A program made the translations under genes and the position numbers. A stretch of DNA of 64,000 nt, taken from contig OZ245006.1 of the NCBI GenBank assembly GCA_965223545.1, positions 6,144,001-6,208,000 on the forward strand, written 5' to 3'. Below are positions 8,645 to 19,139 of this stretch, piece by piece. This DNA comes from Planctomycetota bacterium. GTDB taxonomy: Bacteria > Planctomycetota > UBA1135 > UBA2386. Position 1 is the first letter of the stretch, and each line of letters opens with the position of its first letter. The notes beneath the pieces are model-generated. The model was not told the DNA's origin and did not search any database. It saw only the letters and a program-made list of their open reading frames with translations.

Positions 8645-11127
8645 TCGGATTTCGGTGGGTGGCGGCGGTGGTCGGGCTCGGCTTGGTGAGTGGATGTGGG
8701 AGTGCGCCCGGCGAAGCGCGTCCCGCTGCGCGCGGCGACGCGCTGCCCACCATCGCCGCCGTGGCAGACGCGTGGGAACGGCACGACGGCTTCGTCCCGT
8801 TCTACTGGGACGCGGCGGCGGGCCGTTTGTGGCTGGTGCTGCGCGACGGGCAAGAGCTGCTGTATGCCACCGGTTTGGCCAGCGGGCTGGGGTCCAATCC
8901 GGTCGGCCTGGACCGCGGCCAGGTCGGAGGCGAGCGCATCGTGGATGTGCGCCGGACTGGCGGTCGACTGCTGATGGTGGCGCGCAACCTCCGCTATCGA
9001 GCGCTCAGTGACAACGCCGCCGAGCGGCGAGCGGTGGCCGATTCGTTCGCTGCCTCGGTGCTGTGGGGGTTCGAGATCGCGGCCGAGGACGACGATGGCG
9101 CGGTGTTGGTCGATGCCACCCCGTTCTTGTTGTCCGATCGCCGGGGCATCGCGCGCACGCTGCAGCGCCGCGGGCAGGGCGGCTTTTCGCTCGACGGCAG
9201 CCGTTCGGCGGTCCATCGCGAGCGCTGTGCCGCGTTCCCGGACAACACCGAGCTCGAGGCGCTGCTGACGTTCACCAGCGGGGAGCCGGGTGGCGAGGTA
9301 CGCGCCACGGCGGCCGACGCAGGGGCCGTGAGTCTGCGCACGCGCCACAGCTTCATCCGACTGCCGGACGATGGTTATCAGCCCCGGGAAGCGGATCCAC
9401 GCGTTGGCTACAACACGACCGGGTTCGCCGACTACGCGGCGGCGATCGACGCGCCGATGCGGGTGCGTTGGATCCAGCGGCACCGCTTGCGCAAGCGTGA
9501 CCCCTCGGCGGCGCGCAGCCATCCGGTGCAGGGGATCGTCTACTACCTCGATCCAGGCGTACCGGAACCCGTGCGCTCGGCGCTGCGCGATGGCGCGGCG
9601 TGGTGGGCAGAGGCGTTCGAGGACGCGGGCTTCATCGACGCGTTTCGGGTCGAGGACCTGCCTGCCGGCGCCGATCCGCTCGACGTGCGCTACAACATGA
9701 TCCACTGGGTGCACCGCGCCACACGCGGCTGGTCCTATGGCGGGTCGATCAGTGATCCCCGCACGGGCGAGATCCTCAAGGGCAACGTGTTGCTCGGCTC
9801 GCTGCGGGTTCGCCAGGACTATTTGATCCTGCGTGCGCTCGGCACCGACGAAGAGGCGCGCCGGCACGCGTTGGCGCGGTTGCGGCAGCTCGCCGCCCAC
9901 GAACTCGGCCACACGCTCGGCCTCACCCATAACTTCGCGGCCAGCACCTACGGCGGCCGCGCCTCGGTGATGGACTACCCGGCACCGCTGGTGACCGTGA
10001 CCCCGGACGGCGCGCTCGATCTGTCGGCGGCCTACGGCGTCGGGGTCGGCGGCTACGACCGGTTCGCGATCCGCTACGGCTACACCGAGTTCGCTCCGGG
10101 GATCGACGCGGCGGCCGCGCTGCGTGCCATGGTGGACTCCGAGGCACCAGACCATCTCTTCCTGAGCGACGCCGACGCGCGCCCGGCCGGCGCGGCCCAT
10201 CCGCTGGCTTCGCTGTGGGACAACGGCGCCGATCCGGTGGCGGCGCTGGTCGATGCGGTGCGTGTGCGCGCCGCCGGTCTGCGACGGTTCGCTTCCCGCG
10301 AGCCCGACCGCGGCTCCGTGCTGGCAGAGCAGGAGGAGATGCTGGTGCCGCTCTACTTGCACCATCGCTATCAGTTGGCGGCGACCGTGAAGATGCTGGG
10401 CGGGCAGTACTACGAGTACTCGGTGGCAGCCGCCGCGGCCCCGCCGCCGACAGCGCGCCGCGCGGTGCCGGCGCCGAGGCAGCGCGCGGCGTTGGCCGCG
10501 GTGCTGCAGTGCATCGATGCCGAGCTGTTGACGCCGCCGCCGGCCGTCCTCGAGGCGATCCCGCCGCACCCGCCCGGCTACGGCGGCGAGCGGTTCGACC
10601 GCGCCACGGGGGCGCCCCTGGATCCGGTGGCGATGGCGGTCACCGCGGCGCGGCTCGTGCTCGACGGTCTGTTGCAGCGCCAGCGCGCGGCACGGCTGGC
10701 AGAGCAGGTCGCGCGGGATCCGGCCCAGCTGGGGTTCGGCGAAGTGCTGGGTGGACTGGTGGCGCGCACGCTGGGCGCACCGCGCCGCGAGGGGTTGGTC
10801 GGGCTGGTCCAGCGGGCGATCGACCGGAGCGTGCTGGAGCGCCTGATGGACCTCGCGGTCGACCCAGCCGCCGCACCGGTGGTGCGCGCCGCGGCGCACG
10901 AGTCGCTGGTCGACCACGCCGCGGCGCTGGGCTCGTTGCCGCCGGCCTTCGGGCCGGAGCAACGGGCGTTGCAGCGCGATCTCGAGAGCTTTTTGCGCCG
11001 ACCCGACCTGCGTCCCCCGCCCGCGGCCGCGCCCGAGACGCCGCCGGGCGATCCCATCGGGACATTGGATTTCGCGAATTCGGGTGGTGGCTGCGCGCAC
11101 GGTCGCGCTGCGTTGCAGATGAGGTAG
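8641..11127 (+). CDS. Zinc-dependent metzincin metalloprotease lipoprotein (DUF5117/DUF4953-type architecture)
   Basis: Lipobox LVSGC; HELGHTLGLTHN zinc motif; Met-turn SVMDY; DPRTGEILKG; ATGA overlap with the upstream stop. Confidence 0.9.
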   Translation: MIGFRWVAAVVGLGLVSGCGSAPGEARPAARGDALPTIAAVADAWERHDGFVPFYWDAAAGRLWLVLRDGQELLYATGLASGLGSNPVGLDRGQVGGERIVDVRRTGGRLLMVARNLRYRALSDNAAERRAVADSFAASVLWGFEIAAEDDDGAVLVDATPFLLSDRRGIARTLQRRGQGGFSLDGSRSAVHRERCAAFPDNTELEALLTFTSGEPGGEVRATAADAGAVSLRTRHSFIRLPDDGYQPREADPRVGYNTTGFADYAAAIDAPMRVRWIQRHRLRKRDPSAARSHPVQGIVYYLDPGVPEPVRSALRDGAAWWAEAFEDAGFIDAFRVEDLPAGADPLDVRYNMIHWVHRATRGWSYGGSISDPRTGEILKGNVLLGSLRVRQDYLILRALGTDEEARRHALARLRQLAAHELGHTLGLTHNFAASTYGGRASVMDYPAPLVTVTPDGALDLSAAYGVGVGGYDRFAIRYGYTEFAPGIDAAAALRAMVDSEAPDHLFLSDADARPAGAAHPLASLWDNGADPVAALVDAVRVRAAGLRRFASREPDRGSVLAEQEEMLVPLYLHHRYQLAATVKMLGGQYYEYSVAAAAAPPPTARRAVPAPRQRAALAAVLQCIDAELLTPPPAVLEAIPPHPPGYGGERFDRATGAPLDPVAMAVTAARLVLDGLLQRQRAARLAEQVARDPAQLGFGEVLGGLVARTLGAPRREGLVGLVQRAIDRSVLERLMDLAVDPAAAPVVRAAAHESLVDHAAALGSLPPAFGPEQRALQRDLESFLRRPDLRPPPAAAPETPPGDPIGTLDFANSGGGCAHGRAALQMR

Positions 11128-11129
11128 CG

Positions 11130-14078
11130 ATGAAGCTCGGTCCCAGGCATTGGCTCGTGTTCGTCCTGGTCGCGGTGATGGGAGCGGGGGCGTTCCTCCT
11201 CTGGGGGGGCGGCGCGCCACCGCCGGTGGCACAGCCGGTGACGGTGGCGGATGGGGCGGCGAGTGACGCCGCGGTCGTTGCCGTGGACGAGCTCGCACCG
11301 GTCGACTCCAGCGAGGTACATCGGACCACCGTCGAGGTGGGAGCCGTTGCGGGAGAGTCGCTCGATGAAGTGTCCCGCGCCGCGCTCGCCGGTTTCGTCG
11401 GTCGCGTGGTCCGCGCCGATGGGCAACCCGTGCCCGGCGCCCGCCTCGAGCTGTTCCAGTTCGGCTTCGACCGCGTGATGGAGGCGGCGGGCGCGTCGTG
11501 GTTCGAGCGCACGGTCGAACCGCGCATCGAGGCCGGTGCTGCTACGGCGGGGGACGACGGGCGCTTCCACCTGGCGGGCGTGTGGCCGAGCGGCTTCTAC
11601 CTCTTGCGTGCAGGTACCAACACCGAGAACCCGTCCACCCATCCGATCGAGCGGTGTCCCGGCCCGGGGGAGGTCGTCGACTTGGGGGACCTCGAGTTGG
11701 TCGATGGCGCGGTGCTGTCCGGCACGATCGTCGACGAGGGTGGTGCGCCGGTGGTCGGCGCGTTGGTGCGCGCCGTGGACTTGCCGGCAGCCCTGCTGCG
11801 GCTCGTTCCGCTCGAGCGGTTTCACCCCGATGGCGCGTTGATCATCCACGAGGGGAGCGCGCGGCTGGTGTTTCAGGTGCCGGCCTGGGGTCGCCGGCTG
11901 TTCACCAAGCTTCCCGTGCCGCAGACCCGGACCGGCGCGGACGGCAGCTTCAGACTCACCGGATTGACGGCGGGTGTGCAGTCGCTGGTGGCGACGGCCG
12001 ATGGATTCACTGCCCTGCATCGGCCCGGGCTGCAGCTGTCGGCTGGGCAGTCCCGCGATCTCGGCGCGTTGGAGATCGAGTTCGGCGAAGAAGTCCGTGG
12101 CGAGGTCGTCGACACCGCCGGTGAACCGGTGCCGGCGTGCGAGGTGCTGATCGGCCAGACCGGCGCCGCGGGCGAGGTCTACTTCTGCGGGCCCGCGCTC
12201 ACCGCCGACGCGCGCGGCGCGTTCGCGGTGACCGGTTTTGCGTCGGGCAAGGTGATCGCGGCGGCGCGGCGCGCGGCCGGCGACCCGTGGGTAGTCGTCG
12301 ACCCGCAGCCGGTGCTGCGCGACGTGCGCATCACGCTACCGGCGACGTTCGACTGGACCATCGGGTTCGCGTCGACGGACGGTGTGGTGGCGCTGGAGAC
12401 GCCGCCGTCGCTGCGCTTGGTGCCGGGTCGCTCGCGCGATGGTGCGCTCGAGCAGATGTGGTTCGGCTTGACCGACGCGGTGGCCAGCGCTCAGCGCGCG
12501 CGGCTGGAGGAGGGCCGGTTGGTGCTCACCGCGTTGCCGGCCGGTCGATACACGGCGCTGTTGCATTGTGAGGGCTACGCGCTGGCCGTCGCCAATGTCG
12601 ATCTGCGGGCGGATGTGGAGACGAAGGTGCAGCTCCTTCCCGCGGCGCGGCTGCGAGTCGTCGCGGTCGGGCCCCAAGATCAGCCCCTGGCGGGGGTGTC
12701 CGTGCTCGCGCACTTTCGCGGAGGGCAAACCAGTGCGCGGGTGGGTGACATGCCCGTCGACCTGGGCACGACCGGGGCGGATGGAGTGCTCGTCGCCGAC
12801 GACTTGCCACCGGTCGAGTACCGGCTGTCGGCGCGGCACCTCGCCTTTGGTTGGGTGCATCATCGCGGTACGGTGGGGGCCGACGAGGTCCGGCTGCGGT
12901 TCGATGCTCCGGGCTCGATCGCCGGCGTCATCAGCGAGGCGGGTGGAGTGCCCCGCGAGCGCTGGATGGTCGCCGCGATGTTGGACAAGCGGGAGCGCGG
13001 CGCGGTTCCCGACATGCCGCGTCTGACCGCGCCGAACGGCAACGGCGAGTTCGAGTTCTCCGGCATGCAGCCCGGGGAATACGAAGTGGTGGCCCTGCCG
13101 TCGATCGCCGGTCTGACCACACCGGGCGCGGCGATGCAGCTCGAGGACATGTTCGACTGGCGCGAGCACCCCGAGGCCGAAGTGACCGTGGCCTCAGGCC
13201 AAGTCGCGCGGGTGCGTTTGGAGGTCGGCCCCGGCCTCACGCCGGCGAGTGGCGTCGCCGTCAAGGGCACGGTCAGCGACAATGGACGCCCCGGTCAGGG
13301 GCTCTACGTGACGCTGCGCGGCAGCGGGCGCACCCGGGTCATGGTGGACCAGCAAGGGCGCTTCGACCTGGGCTTGGTGCGGCCGGGTCGTCTGCACGTG
13401 GGAGTCGAGCGCGCTGACAGAGTCCACCGGAGCATCTTGTGGCAGCAGTCTCACGAGGCCGAGGCTGGCGCCGACCTGCACTTCGACATCCAGCTGCGCA
13501 CGGTGAGTGTCGAGGGCCGCGTGGTGGACCCCGCCGGCGTCGGAGCCGGGGGAGTGCACGTGTCGATGGCCGGCAGCACGGGATCGGGCGCCGAACGCTC
13601 GAGTGCGCGGTACTCGACGCTCACCGATGCGGAAGGCGGATTCTCGTTCGCCCAAGTGGTGGCCGCCGACTACCGCCTGGATGCGCGCGAGCGCGGCGGC
13701 AGCACGAGTGCGACCGCCAGTCTCGAATCACTGCGCGTGGAGGCGGCCGTCCACGGGTTGACGCTGCGGCTGCAGCCGACCTATCGCGTCACCGGTGTCG
13801 TCGACGTCTCCCTGCTGCAGATCTCGGATGGCGATCAGGTATGGGGTTGGCTACAGCCGCCCGACACGGAGCAAAACCACGAGCAGCGGCACTGGGGCAC
13901 GGTGAGTCGCAGTGGTCAGTTCGACTTCTCCCGAGTCCCGGCGGGGCGATACACGCTGTGGGTCAACTCGTTCGAGGATGGCGGTCGTCCGCGCTTGCTG
14001 CACAGCGTCGCCCCGCTCGAAGTCGGTGCGCGGAACCACTCCGGCTACTCGGTGCAGCTGGTCGAGTCCGGCCAATAA
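11130..14078 (+). CDS. Membrane-anchored protein with repeated carboxypeptidase-regulatory-like beta-sandwich domains
   Basis: One N-terminal TM segment; repeats of GxVVDxxGxPVxGA and TxxDGxF..GxY. Confidence 0.8.
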   Translation: MKLGPRHWLVFVLVAVMGAGAFLLWGGGAPPPVAQPVTVADGAASDAAVVAVDELAPVDSSEVHRTTVEVGAVAGESLDEVSRAALAGFVGRVVRADGQPVPGARLELFQFGFDRVMEAAGASWFERTVEPRIEAGAATAGDDGRFHLAGVWPSGFYLLRAGTNTENPSTHPIERCPGPGEVVDLGDLELVDGAVLSGTIVDEGGAPVVGALVRAVDLPAALLRLVPLERFHPDGALIIHEGSARLVFQVPAWGRRLFTKLPVPQTRTGADGSFRLTGLTAGVQSLVATADGFTALHRPGLQLSAGQSRDLGALEIEFGEEVRGEVVDTAGEPVPACEVLIGQTGAAGEVYFCGPALTADARGAFAVTGFASGKVIAAARRAAGDPWVVVDPQPVLRDVRITLPATFDWTIGFASTDGVVALETPPSLRLVPGRSRDGALEQMWFGLTDAVASAQRARLEEGRLVLTALPAGRYTALLHCEGYALAVANVDLRADVETKVQLLPAARLRVVAVGPQDQPLAGVSVLAHFRGGQTSARVGDMPVDLGTTGADGVLVADDLPPVEYRLSARHLAFGWVHHRGTVGADEVRLRFDAPGSIAGVISEAGGVPRERWMVAAMLDKRERGAVPDMPRLTAPNGNGEFEFSGMQPGEYEVVALPSIAGLTTPGAAMQLEDMFDWREHPEAEVTVASGQVARVRLEVGPGLTPASGVAVKGTVSDNGRPGQGLYVTLRGSGRTRVMVDQQGRFDLGLVRPGRLHVGVERADRVHRSILWQQSHEAEAGADLHFDIQLRTVSVEGRVVDPAGVGAGGVHVSMAGSTGSGAERSSARYSTLTDAEGGFSFAQVVAADYRLDARERGGSTSATASLESLRVEAAVHGLTLRLQPTYRVTGVVDVSLLQISDGDQVWGWLQPPDTEQNHEQRHWGTVSRSGQFDFSRVPAGRYTLWVNSFEDGGRPRLLHSVAPLEVGARNHSGYSVQLVESGQ

Positions 14079-14087
14079 GAGCGCCGT

Positions 14088-15158
14088 TCAGTAGTGCAGC
14101 CGCACGCGGCGCTTCTCGCGGAGATCGAACAACAGGTCTTCGCGCCGGTGCTGCACCAGGAAACCGCGCACCGTGTCGTGTGCACCGGGGGTGAACAAGA
14201 AGGTCTTGCGCAGCTCCACGCCGACGCGCTTGATCAGATGCAGCCCGTAGGGACTGTCGATCGGCGCGCTGACCGCTCCGTCGTTGAGTTGCCAAGCGGT
14301 CCGGCACAGCACGGCCGGCAGCGTGGGGTGGAAGCGCTGCACACCCTCGAAGCGTCCGCCACGGGCGGCGCTCTTGCGGTCCTCGGAGAAACGCGCCGCC
14401 AGCTCCTCGAAGTTGCTGCCGTCTTCGGCGATCCGCGCCTGGATGTCGGCGATTTTCTCCCAAGCCGTCCGCCGTTCTGCCTCGGCGAGGAGCTCGAGCG
14501 TGACGGGATCGCGGTGGCGGATCAGGATGTGGGCAAAGGTCAGACGTCCGCCGAAGACGCGTGGATGGGCGTTGTAGTACGCGTACAGCTCCTGCTCGGA
14601 CGCCGCATCCGGCACCAAGAACTCGAGCCAGCCGCGCACTTCGGTGCGCAAGCCGTGGTAGCGCTGGAACCGTGCCAGATAGTAGTCAACCAGCTTCTGG
14701 TCGGCGTCGGCCGGCAGGTTTTGGCGTGGCAGCCATTGCTCGAACTCGGCTTTGAGGGCGGCGGACAGATGCACGTTGGCGTCGTCGAGCGCCAGGCCGC
14801 GTGACACTGCCTCCGCCTCCAGCGCGCGCACATCGGCGTACTGCCGCACCCAGTCGGTGCCGAACCGGTCCGCGGTGAAGCAGCGCCGCCCGCCGGGTGT
14901 CTGCAGGAAGCGGTCGAACTGCGGGTCGTGGCGGGTCGATACGTGCGCGACGAGGTCCGCGAGCGTCACCGCATCGCCGTTGACTTGGGCAATGACGCGG
15001 TCGGCGTCTCGCGGGTACTCGATCTTTATCGGTGGCGCTGGCGCCGGCGGGTCGGAGGTGACCGCGCCGTCCGGTTGGCACGGGACGGACGTGGCCGCGA
15101 TGACCACGGCGAACGAGCGGGCGATTGCCGAGTGCATGATGGCGGTAGACGTCACCAT
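14088..15158 (-). CDS. Exported PpiC-type peptidyl-prolyl isomerase (SurA/PrsA-like)
   Basis: VIAQVNGDAVT, HILIRH, FEELAARFSED, GG, SPYGLHLIK; start could be 15158, 15155 or 15137. Confidence 0.8.
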   Translation of the reverse strand: MVTSTAIMHSAIARSFAVVIAATSVPCQPDGAVTSDPPAPAPPIKIEYPRDADRVIAQVNGDAVTLADLVAHVSTRHDPQFDRFLQTPGGRRCFTADRFGTDWVRQYADVRALEAEAVSRGLALDDANVHLSAALKAEFEQWLPRQNLPADADQKLVDYYLARFQRYHGLRTEVRGWLEFLVPDAASEQELYAYYNAHPRVFGGRLTFAHILIRHRDPVTLELLAEAERRTAWEKIADIQARIAEDGSNFEELAARFSEDRKSAARGGRFEGVQRFHPTLPAVLCRTAWQLNDGAVSAPIDSPYGLHLIKRVGVELRKTFLFTPGAHDTVRGFLVQHRREDLLFDLREKRRVRLHY

Positions 15159-15313
15159 CTAGACCGTAACACGCGCTCAACCAAAGCGGCATCGGCCGGC
15201 TTCGCAAGTCGCGGTTGCAAGGGCGAAAGCGGCGAGAACGCTGGGCTCCGCTCGGCCCGCGCGGCACAATCGGCCGCTTTGCTTGCCGGGTCGAGGAGGC
15301 CCGTCCCGCCGCG

Positions 15314-15595
15314 ATGAAGAAAGCCACCGCCCGTCACATTCTGGTCCCCTCCGAACAGTCCTGTCAGGCTCTGAAGGACGAAATCGCCGGCGGTGCCGAC
15401 TTTGCCGCGGTCGCGGCAAAGCACTCGCAGTGCCCCTCCGGTCAGAGTGGTGGTGATCTCGGTGAGTTCGGCCCCGGCCAGATGGTGCCGGAGTTCGACA
15501 CCGTGGTCTTCAACGAGGCGGTCGGGGTGGTGCACGGGCCGATCAAGACCCAGTTTGGCTACCACCTGGTCGAGATCACCAGCCGGACGCCGTGA
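15314..15595 (+). CDS. ppiC: Parvulin peptidyl-prolyl cis-trans isomerase
   Basis: 93 aa; ATARHILV, HSQCPSGQSGGDLGEF, GQMVPEFD, TQFGYHL; GAGGAGG RBS upstream. Confidence 0.93.
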   Translation: MKKATARHILVPSEQSCQALKDEIAGGADFAAVAAKHSQCPSGQSGGDLGEFGPGQMVPEFDTVVFNEAVGVVHGPIKTQFGYHLVEITSRTP

Positions 15596-15684
15596 GCTCG
15601 GGCAGGGGCGGGCTGGTCTCGGCATAATTCCCCCTCCGGCCCGGCGTCGTCGTTGCGCCCGAGGGGCCAGAGGCGCCGCCCGTC

Positions 15685-18246
15685 ATGACCGATCCCACAG
15701 CTGTCGATCCACCCGGCCGGTCGGGTGACGCCGAGACCGCGACCCACGGCACCCTCCTCGAGCGCTACCTCGCCGATGCAATCGCCCGGCTCGAGGCCGG
15801 CGAGACGGTGGACGTGGCCGATCTGTGCGCGGCGCATCCTCACCTCGAGCAGCCGGTGCGCGATGCGCTGTCGATCTCGGCGCTGATCCCCGACCTGCAG
15901 CACGGCGCGCACGCGCGCGACCCGCTGGCGGGCGAACAGCTGGGCCAGCGGTATCGGCTGGAGCAGCGCATCGGCGCGGGCGCCATGGGCGCCGTGTACC
16001 GCGCCCGCGACCTGGAGCTTGGGCGTGACGTCGCGGTCAAGATTCTGCAGGCCGGCCTGTTTCGGCGCGGCGGCTTGGACGAACGCTTCGCGCGCGAGGC
16101 CGAGGTGTTGGCCACGCTCGACCACCCGGGCGTGGTGACGGTCTTCGATCGGGGTGCCAGTGTCGACGGTGTGCCCTTCTTGGTGATGCGGTTGTTGACC
16201 GGCTGCTCGATGGCGGCGGTGGCGACCGAAGCCGACGAGCTGGGAATGCACAAGGCGTTTGCCGGCGTCGGCTGGCTGGTCCGGGTGTTGGGCCGGACCC
16301 AATCGCCCGAGCAGTCCTTCTTGCGCCTGGTCGCGCGCTGGGGGGCGCAGCTGGCGAGCGCGCTCGACGCGGTGCACGACGCCGGCATCTTCCACCGCGA
16401 CGTCAAGCCCTCGAACGTGTTCATCACGACGGAGTTCGACGCGGTGGTCCTCGACTTCGGGATCGCCGCCTGGGCGGGCGGCGATGCGTCGCTGACCGCC
16501 ACCGGAACGACGCTGGGCACGCCGTGGTACATGGCGCCCGAGCAGGCGGCGGGCAAGGTCGAGCCGTCCGCACAGCAGGACGTCTACTCGCTCGGCGCGA
16601 CGTTGTACCACTTGCTCGGCGGCCGGCCGCCGTTCGATGGTGACCCCGGCCGCGTGCTGGTGCGGGTGCAGACCGAGGATCCGCAGCCGCTCGGAGCCCT
16701 GCACCCGGGCTTGCCGCGGGACTTGCTCGCGATCGTCGAGAGCTGCATGGATCGCGACCTGCGCCGGCGCTACGCGACGATGGCAGCCGTCGAGCGCGAC
16801 CTGAACGCGTTCCTCGAGCACCGGCCGGTGAGCGTCCGGCCGCAGTCGGCATTGCGCCGGTGGGCGCGCCGCGTCCGCCGCGCGCCGGCTCCGTTGTTGG
16901 CGACAGCGGTGGTCGTGCTGCTGCTGGTGTTGGCCGGGATCGCCGGGGTTTGGTGGCGGGATCGGGTGCGCGTCGAGGTCGAACGGCTGCGTGCGCTACT
17001 GCCCGCCCAGGCGGCGATCGAGGGCAAGCCGGGGGAGCGGCTATTGATGCCGCCGGCGATGTACGGCGAAGCGATGGCGGTCATGGACCGCATTCTGGAG
17101 TTGGATCCCGGCGAGCTGCCGACCCGCTTGCTGCGTGCGGCGCTGCGGCTGGACAACGGTGACCACGCGGGTGCCGCTGCCGACCTCGACCAGCTCTCCG
17201 CGCGCGCCGACTCGCCCTATCTGCGCGCGGTCGCTGCGCGCTACGCCGAGGCCGACGACAGCCGTCGCGGCTGCGAGGCAGTACTGCTGGACGACCTGCC
17301 GGAGCCGGTCGGCGCGACCGATCTGTACGTCGCCGGCTTTCACGCCCTGCGCAGCCGCGAGCCGCAGGGGATGGTCGAGGCGGACGCCTTCCTGGCCGCG
17401 GCGGCGGCGGAGTACGCGCCGGCGCGCGACTTGCGGCTGCTGACCCGCCTTGCCGCTTGCCAGCAGGCGCCGCCGGGCGACCGGCCGTCGATGGCGTACG
17501 AGATCATCGAAGAGGCGAGTGCGCTCGAGCAGCTCTACGGCCGGCCGACGTCGCGCACGCTGCATGGGCGCAGCGTCGCGCGGTTGGTGCTCGGCGATTA
17601 TGACGCCGCGATCGAGCCCTTGGAGCAGTGCATCGCGCTGCGACCGCGCCGGCACGGCCCGCTGCAGAACCTGGGCTGGCTGTACTATCGTCTCGGGGCG
17701 ATCGACAAGGCCGACCACTACCTCGCCGCCGCGCGTGCCGTGTGGCCGACGGCCGCCAACACGCTGCAGACGTTGGCGTGGGTGCGGAGTGCACAGGGGC
17801 GCTACGACGAAGCGCGTGCCCTGCTGGACGAGATCCCCAGCGCGGCGGGCCCGCAGTGGGAGGTGCTGCGGCCGTACCGCAAGGCGCAGGTTTGCGTGCA
17901 CGAGGCGCTGGCAGCCTACGGCGACGAGGAGCGCGAGGCCGCGATCGAGTGCGCGCGCGCGTCCGTGGGCTGGTACGACTCCGCGTTGGAGGCGGCTGCG
18001 GGATCGGAGGCGTGGCGCGCGCGGCTCGGCCGCCAGCGCCGGTTCGCGCAAGCGCTGGAGCGCGGCGATGGCGCCGCGGCCCTGGAGCTGTTCGTCAGCG
18101 ACCCGGCCAACCGCTTGGAGACCGACGTCGACTTCGGCAACCTCGGCACGCTGCTCGAGGGCGCGGGGATGGGCGAGGTCGGCGCCGGGCTGGCGCGGTT
18201 GGTCCACGGAGTCTGGCAGCGGCGGACTGCCAGTGCCGGCCGCTGA
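15685..18246 (+). CDS. Hanks-type Ser/Thr protein kinase with a TM segment and TPR-like C-terminus
   Basis: IGAGAMGAVY, VAVK, HRDVKPSN, DFG, GTPWYMAPEQ, DVYSLG; hydrophobic segment then helical repeats. Confidence 0.95.
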   Translation: MTDPTAVDPPGRSGDAETATHGTLLERYLADAIARLEAGETVDVADLCAAHPHLEQPVRDALSISALIPDLQHGAHARDPLAGEQLGQRYRLEQRIGAGAMGAVYRARDLELGRDVAVKILQAGLFRRGGLDERFAREAEVLATLDHPGVVTVFDRGASVDGVPFLVMRLLTGCSMAAVATEADELGMHKAFAGVGWLVRVLGRTQSPEQSFLRLVARWGAQLASALDAVHDAGIFHRDVKPSNVFITTEFDAVVLDFGIAAWAGGDASLTATGTTLGTPWYMAPEQAAGKVEPSAQQDVYSLGATLYHLLGGRPPFDGDPGRVLVRVQTEDPQPLGALHPGLPRDLLAIVESCMDRDLRRRYATMAAVERDLNAFLEHRPVSVRPQSALRRWARRVRRAPAPLLATAVVVLLLVLAGIAGVWWRDRVRVEVERLRALLPAQAAIEGKPGERLLMPPAMYGEAMAVMDRILELDPGELPTRLLRAALRLDNGDHAGAAADLDQLSARADSPYLRAVAARYAEADDSRRGCEAVLLDDLPEPVGATDLYVAGFHALRSREPQGMVEADAFLAAAAAEYAPARDLRLLTRLAACQQAPPGDRPSMAYEIIEEASALEQLYGRPTSRTLHGRSVARLVLGDYDAAIEPLEQCIALRPRRHGPLQNLGWLYYRLGAIDKADHYLAAARAVWPTAANTLQTLAWVRSAQGRYDEARALLDEIPSAAGPQWEVLRPYRKAQVCVHEALAAYGDEEREAAIECARASVGWYDSALEAAAGSEAWRARLGRQRRFAQALERGDGAAALELFVSDPANRLETDVDFGNLGTLLEGAGMGEVGAGLARLVHGVWQRRTASAGR

Positions 18247-18385
18247 CCCGAGCCTCCGTGGAAATTCCTAGTCACAGGTTCGGAGTGGTCCCCTCGGCGT
18301 TTCCCGTATGCTGGGTGTTCTTCCCGCAGAAAATGTCCAGTTTGCCCCTCCGCTCGCGCCGTCGCGTTGCGCCGAACCCGGTGCA

Positions 18386-19087
18386 ATGGCAAGTGCTCCG
18401 ACCCAGCCCCTCCCGACCCGCGTCGACGTGAACGGCGATTTCAACGCGTTGGTCGAGGGCGCCGTCGGCGGCGACGAACGGGCGCGGGACGCACTGATCG
18501 CGCGGTTCTATCCCCGCGTGCGGCAGCTGGTGCACCGCGAGCTGCAGCGCAGCTTCCGCCAGCGCCACCGCTGGATCCTGCCGTTGTTCTCGACCGGCGA
18601 CGTGGTGCACGAGGTGTTCTGCCAGGTCATTCAGGAGCTCGAGCGGTTCGAGGGGGGCGATGAGGACACCTTCGTGCGCTACCTGTCCTCGATCGTCACC
18701 CACCGTCTCGTCGACGCGGTGCGCTACCACCAGGCGCAGCGCCGCGACGGTCGCCGGCAAGTGCAGGTCGGCACGACGTCCTACGAGGGAGCCTCGGTCG
18801 CGCCCGAGCCGACTCCATCGCGGGCGGCGGCGGTGCAAGAGCACCTGTCGTTGTTCCGCGAGGCGATCGCCACGTTTTCCTCCCGGCGTGCTCTATTGCT
18901 CGAGATGCGGCTGATCGACGGCGACTCGTTCGCCCGCATCGCCGCCAAGCTCGGCTTTCCGACCGCCGACGCGGCGCGCAAGGCGTTCCACCTCGCGCGC
19001 GCGCGGCTGGCGCTCGAACTACAGCGCCGCGGCCTGCGGCCGCAGGCGCTGAACACGGACATCGATACGCATTCCCACCCGGACTGA
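18386..19087 (+). CDS. ECF-type RNA polymerase sigma factor
   Basis: GDERARDALIARFY, DVVHEVF, RLVDAVRY region-2 pattern; region-4 HTH IAAKLG...RARARL. Confidence 0.85.
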   Translation: MASAPTQPLPTRVDVNGDFNALVEGAVGGDERARDALIARFYPRVRQLVHRELQRSFRQRHRWILPLFSTGDVVHEVFCQVIQELERFEGGDEDTFVRYLSSIVTHRLVDAVRYHQAQRRDGRRQVQVGTTSYEGASVAPEPTPSRAAAVQEHLSLFREAIATFSSRRALLLEMRLIDGDSFARIAAKLGFPTADAARKAFHLARARLALELQRRGLRPQALNTDIDTHSHPD

Positions 19088-19139
19088 TTTCTTCCAGGCC
19101 ACTCACACCTTGGGTGTCAACAACAGCCAACTGACCTCG

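Noticed and set aside
7750..11129. Long N-terminal extensions of the 1125-aa and 1287-aa ORFs
   Set aside because: Arg/Ala/Gly-rich shadow translations overlapping real genes; signal or TM peptides begin at 8641 and 11130.
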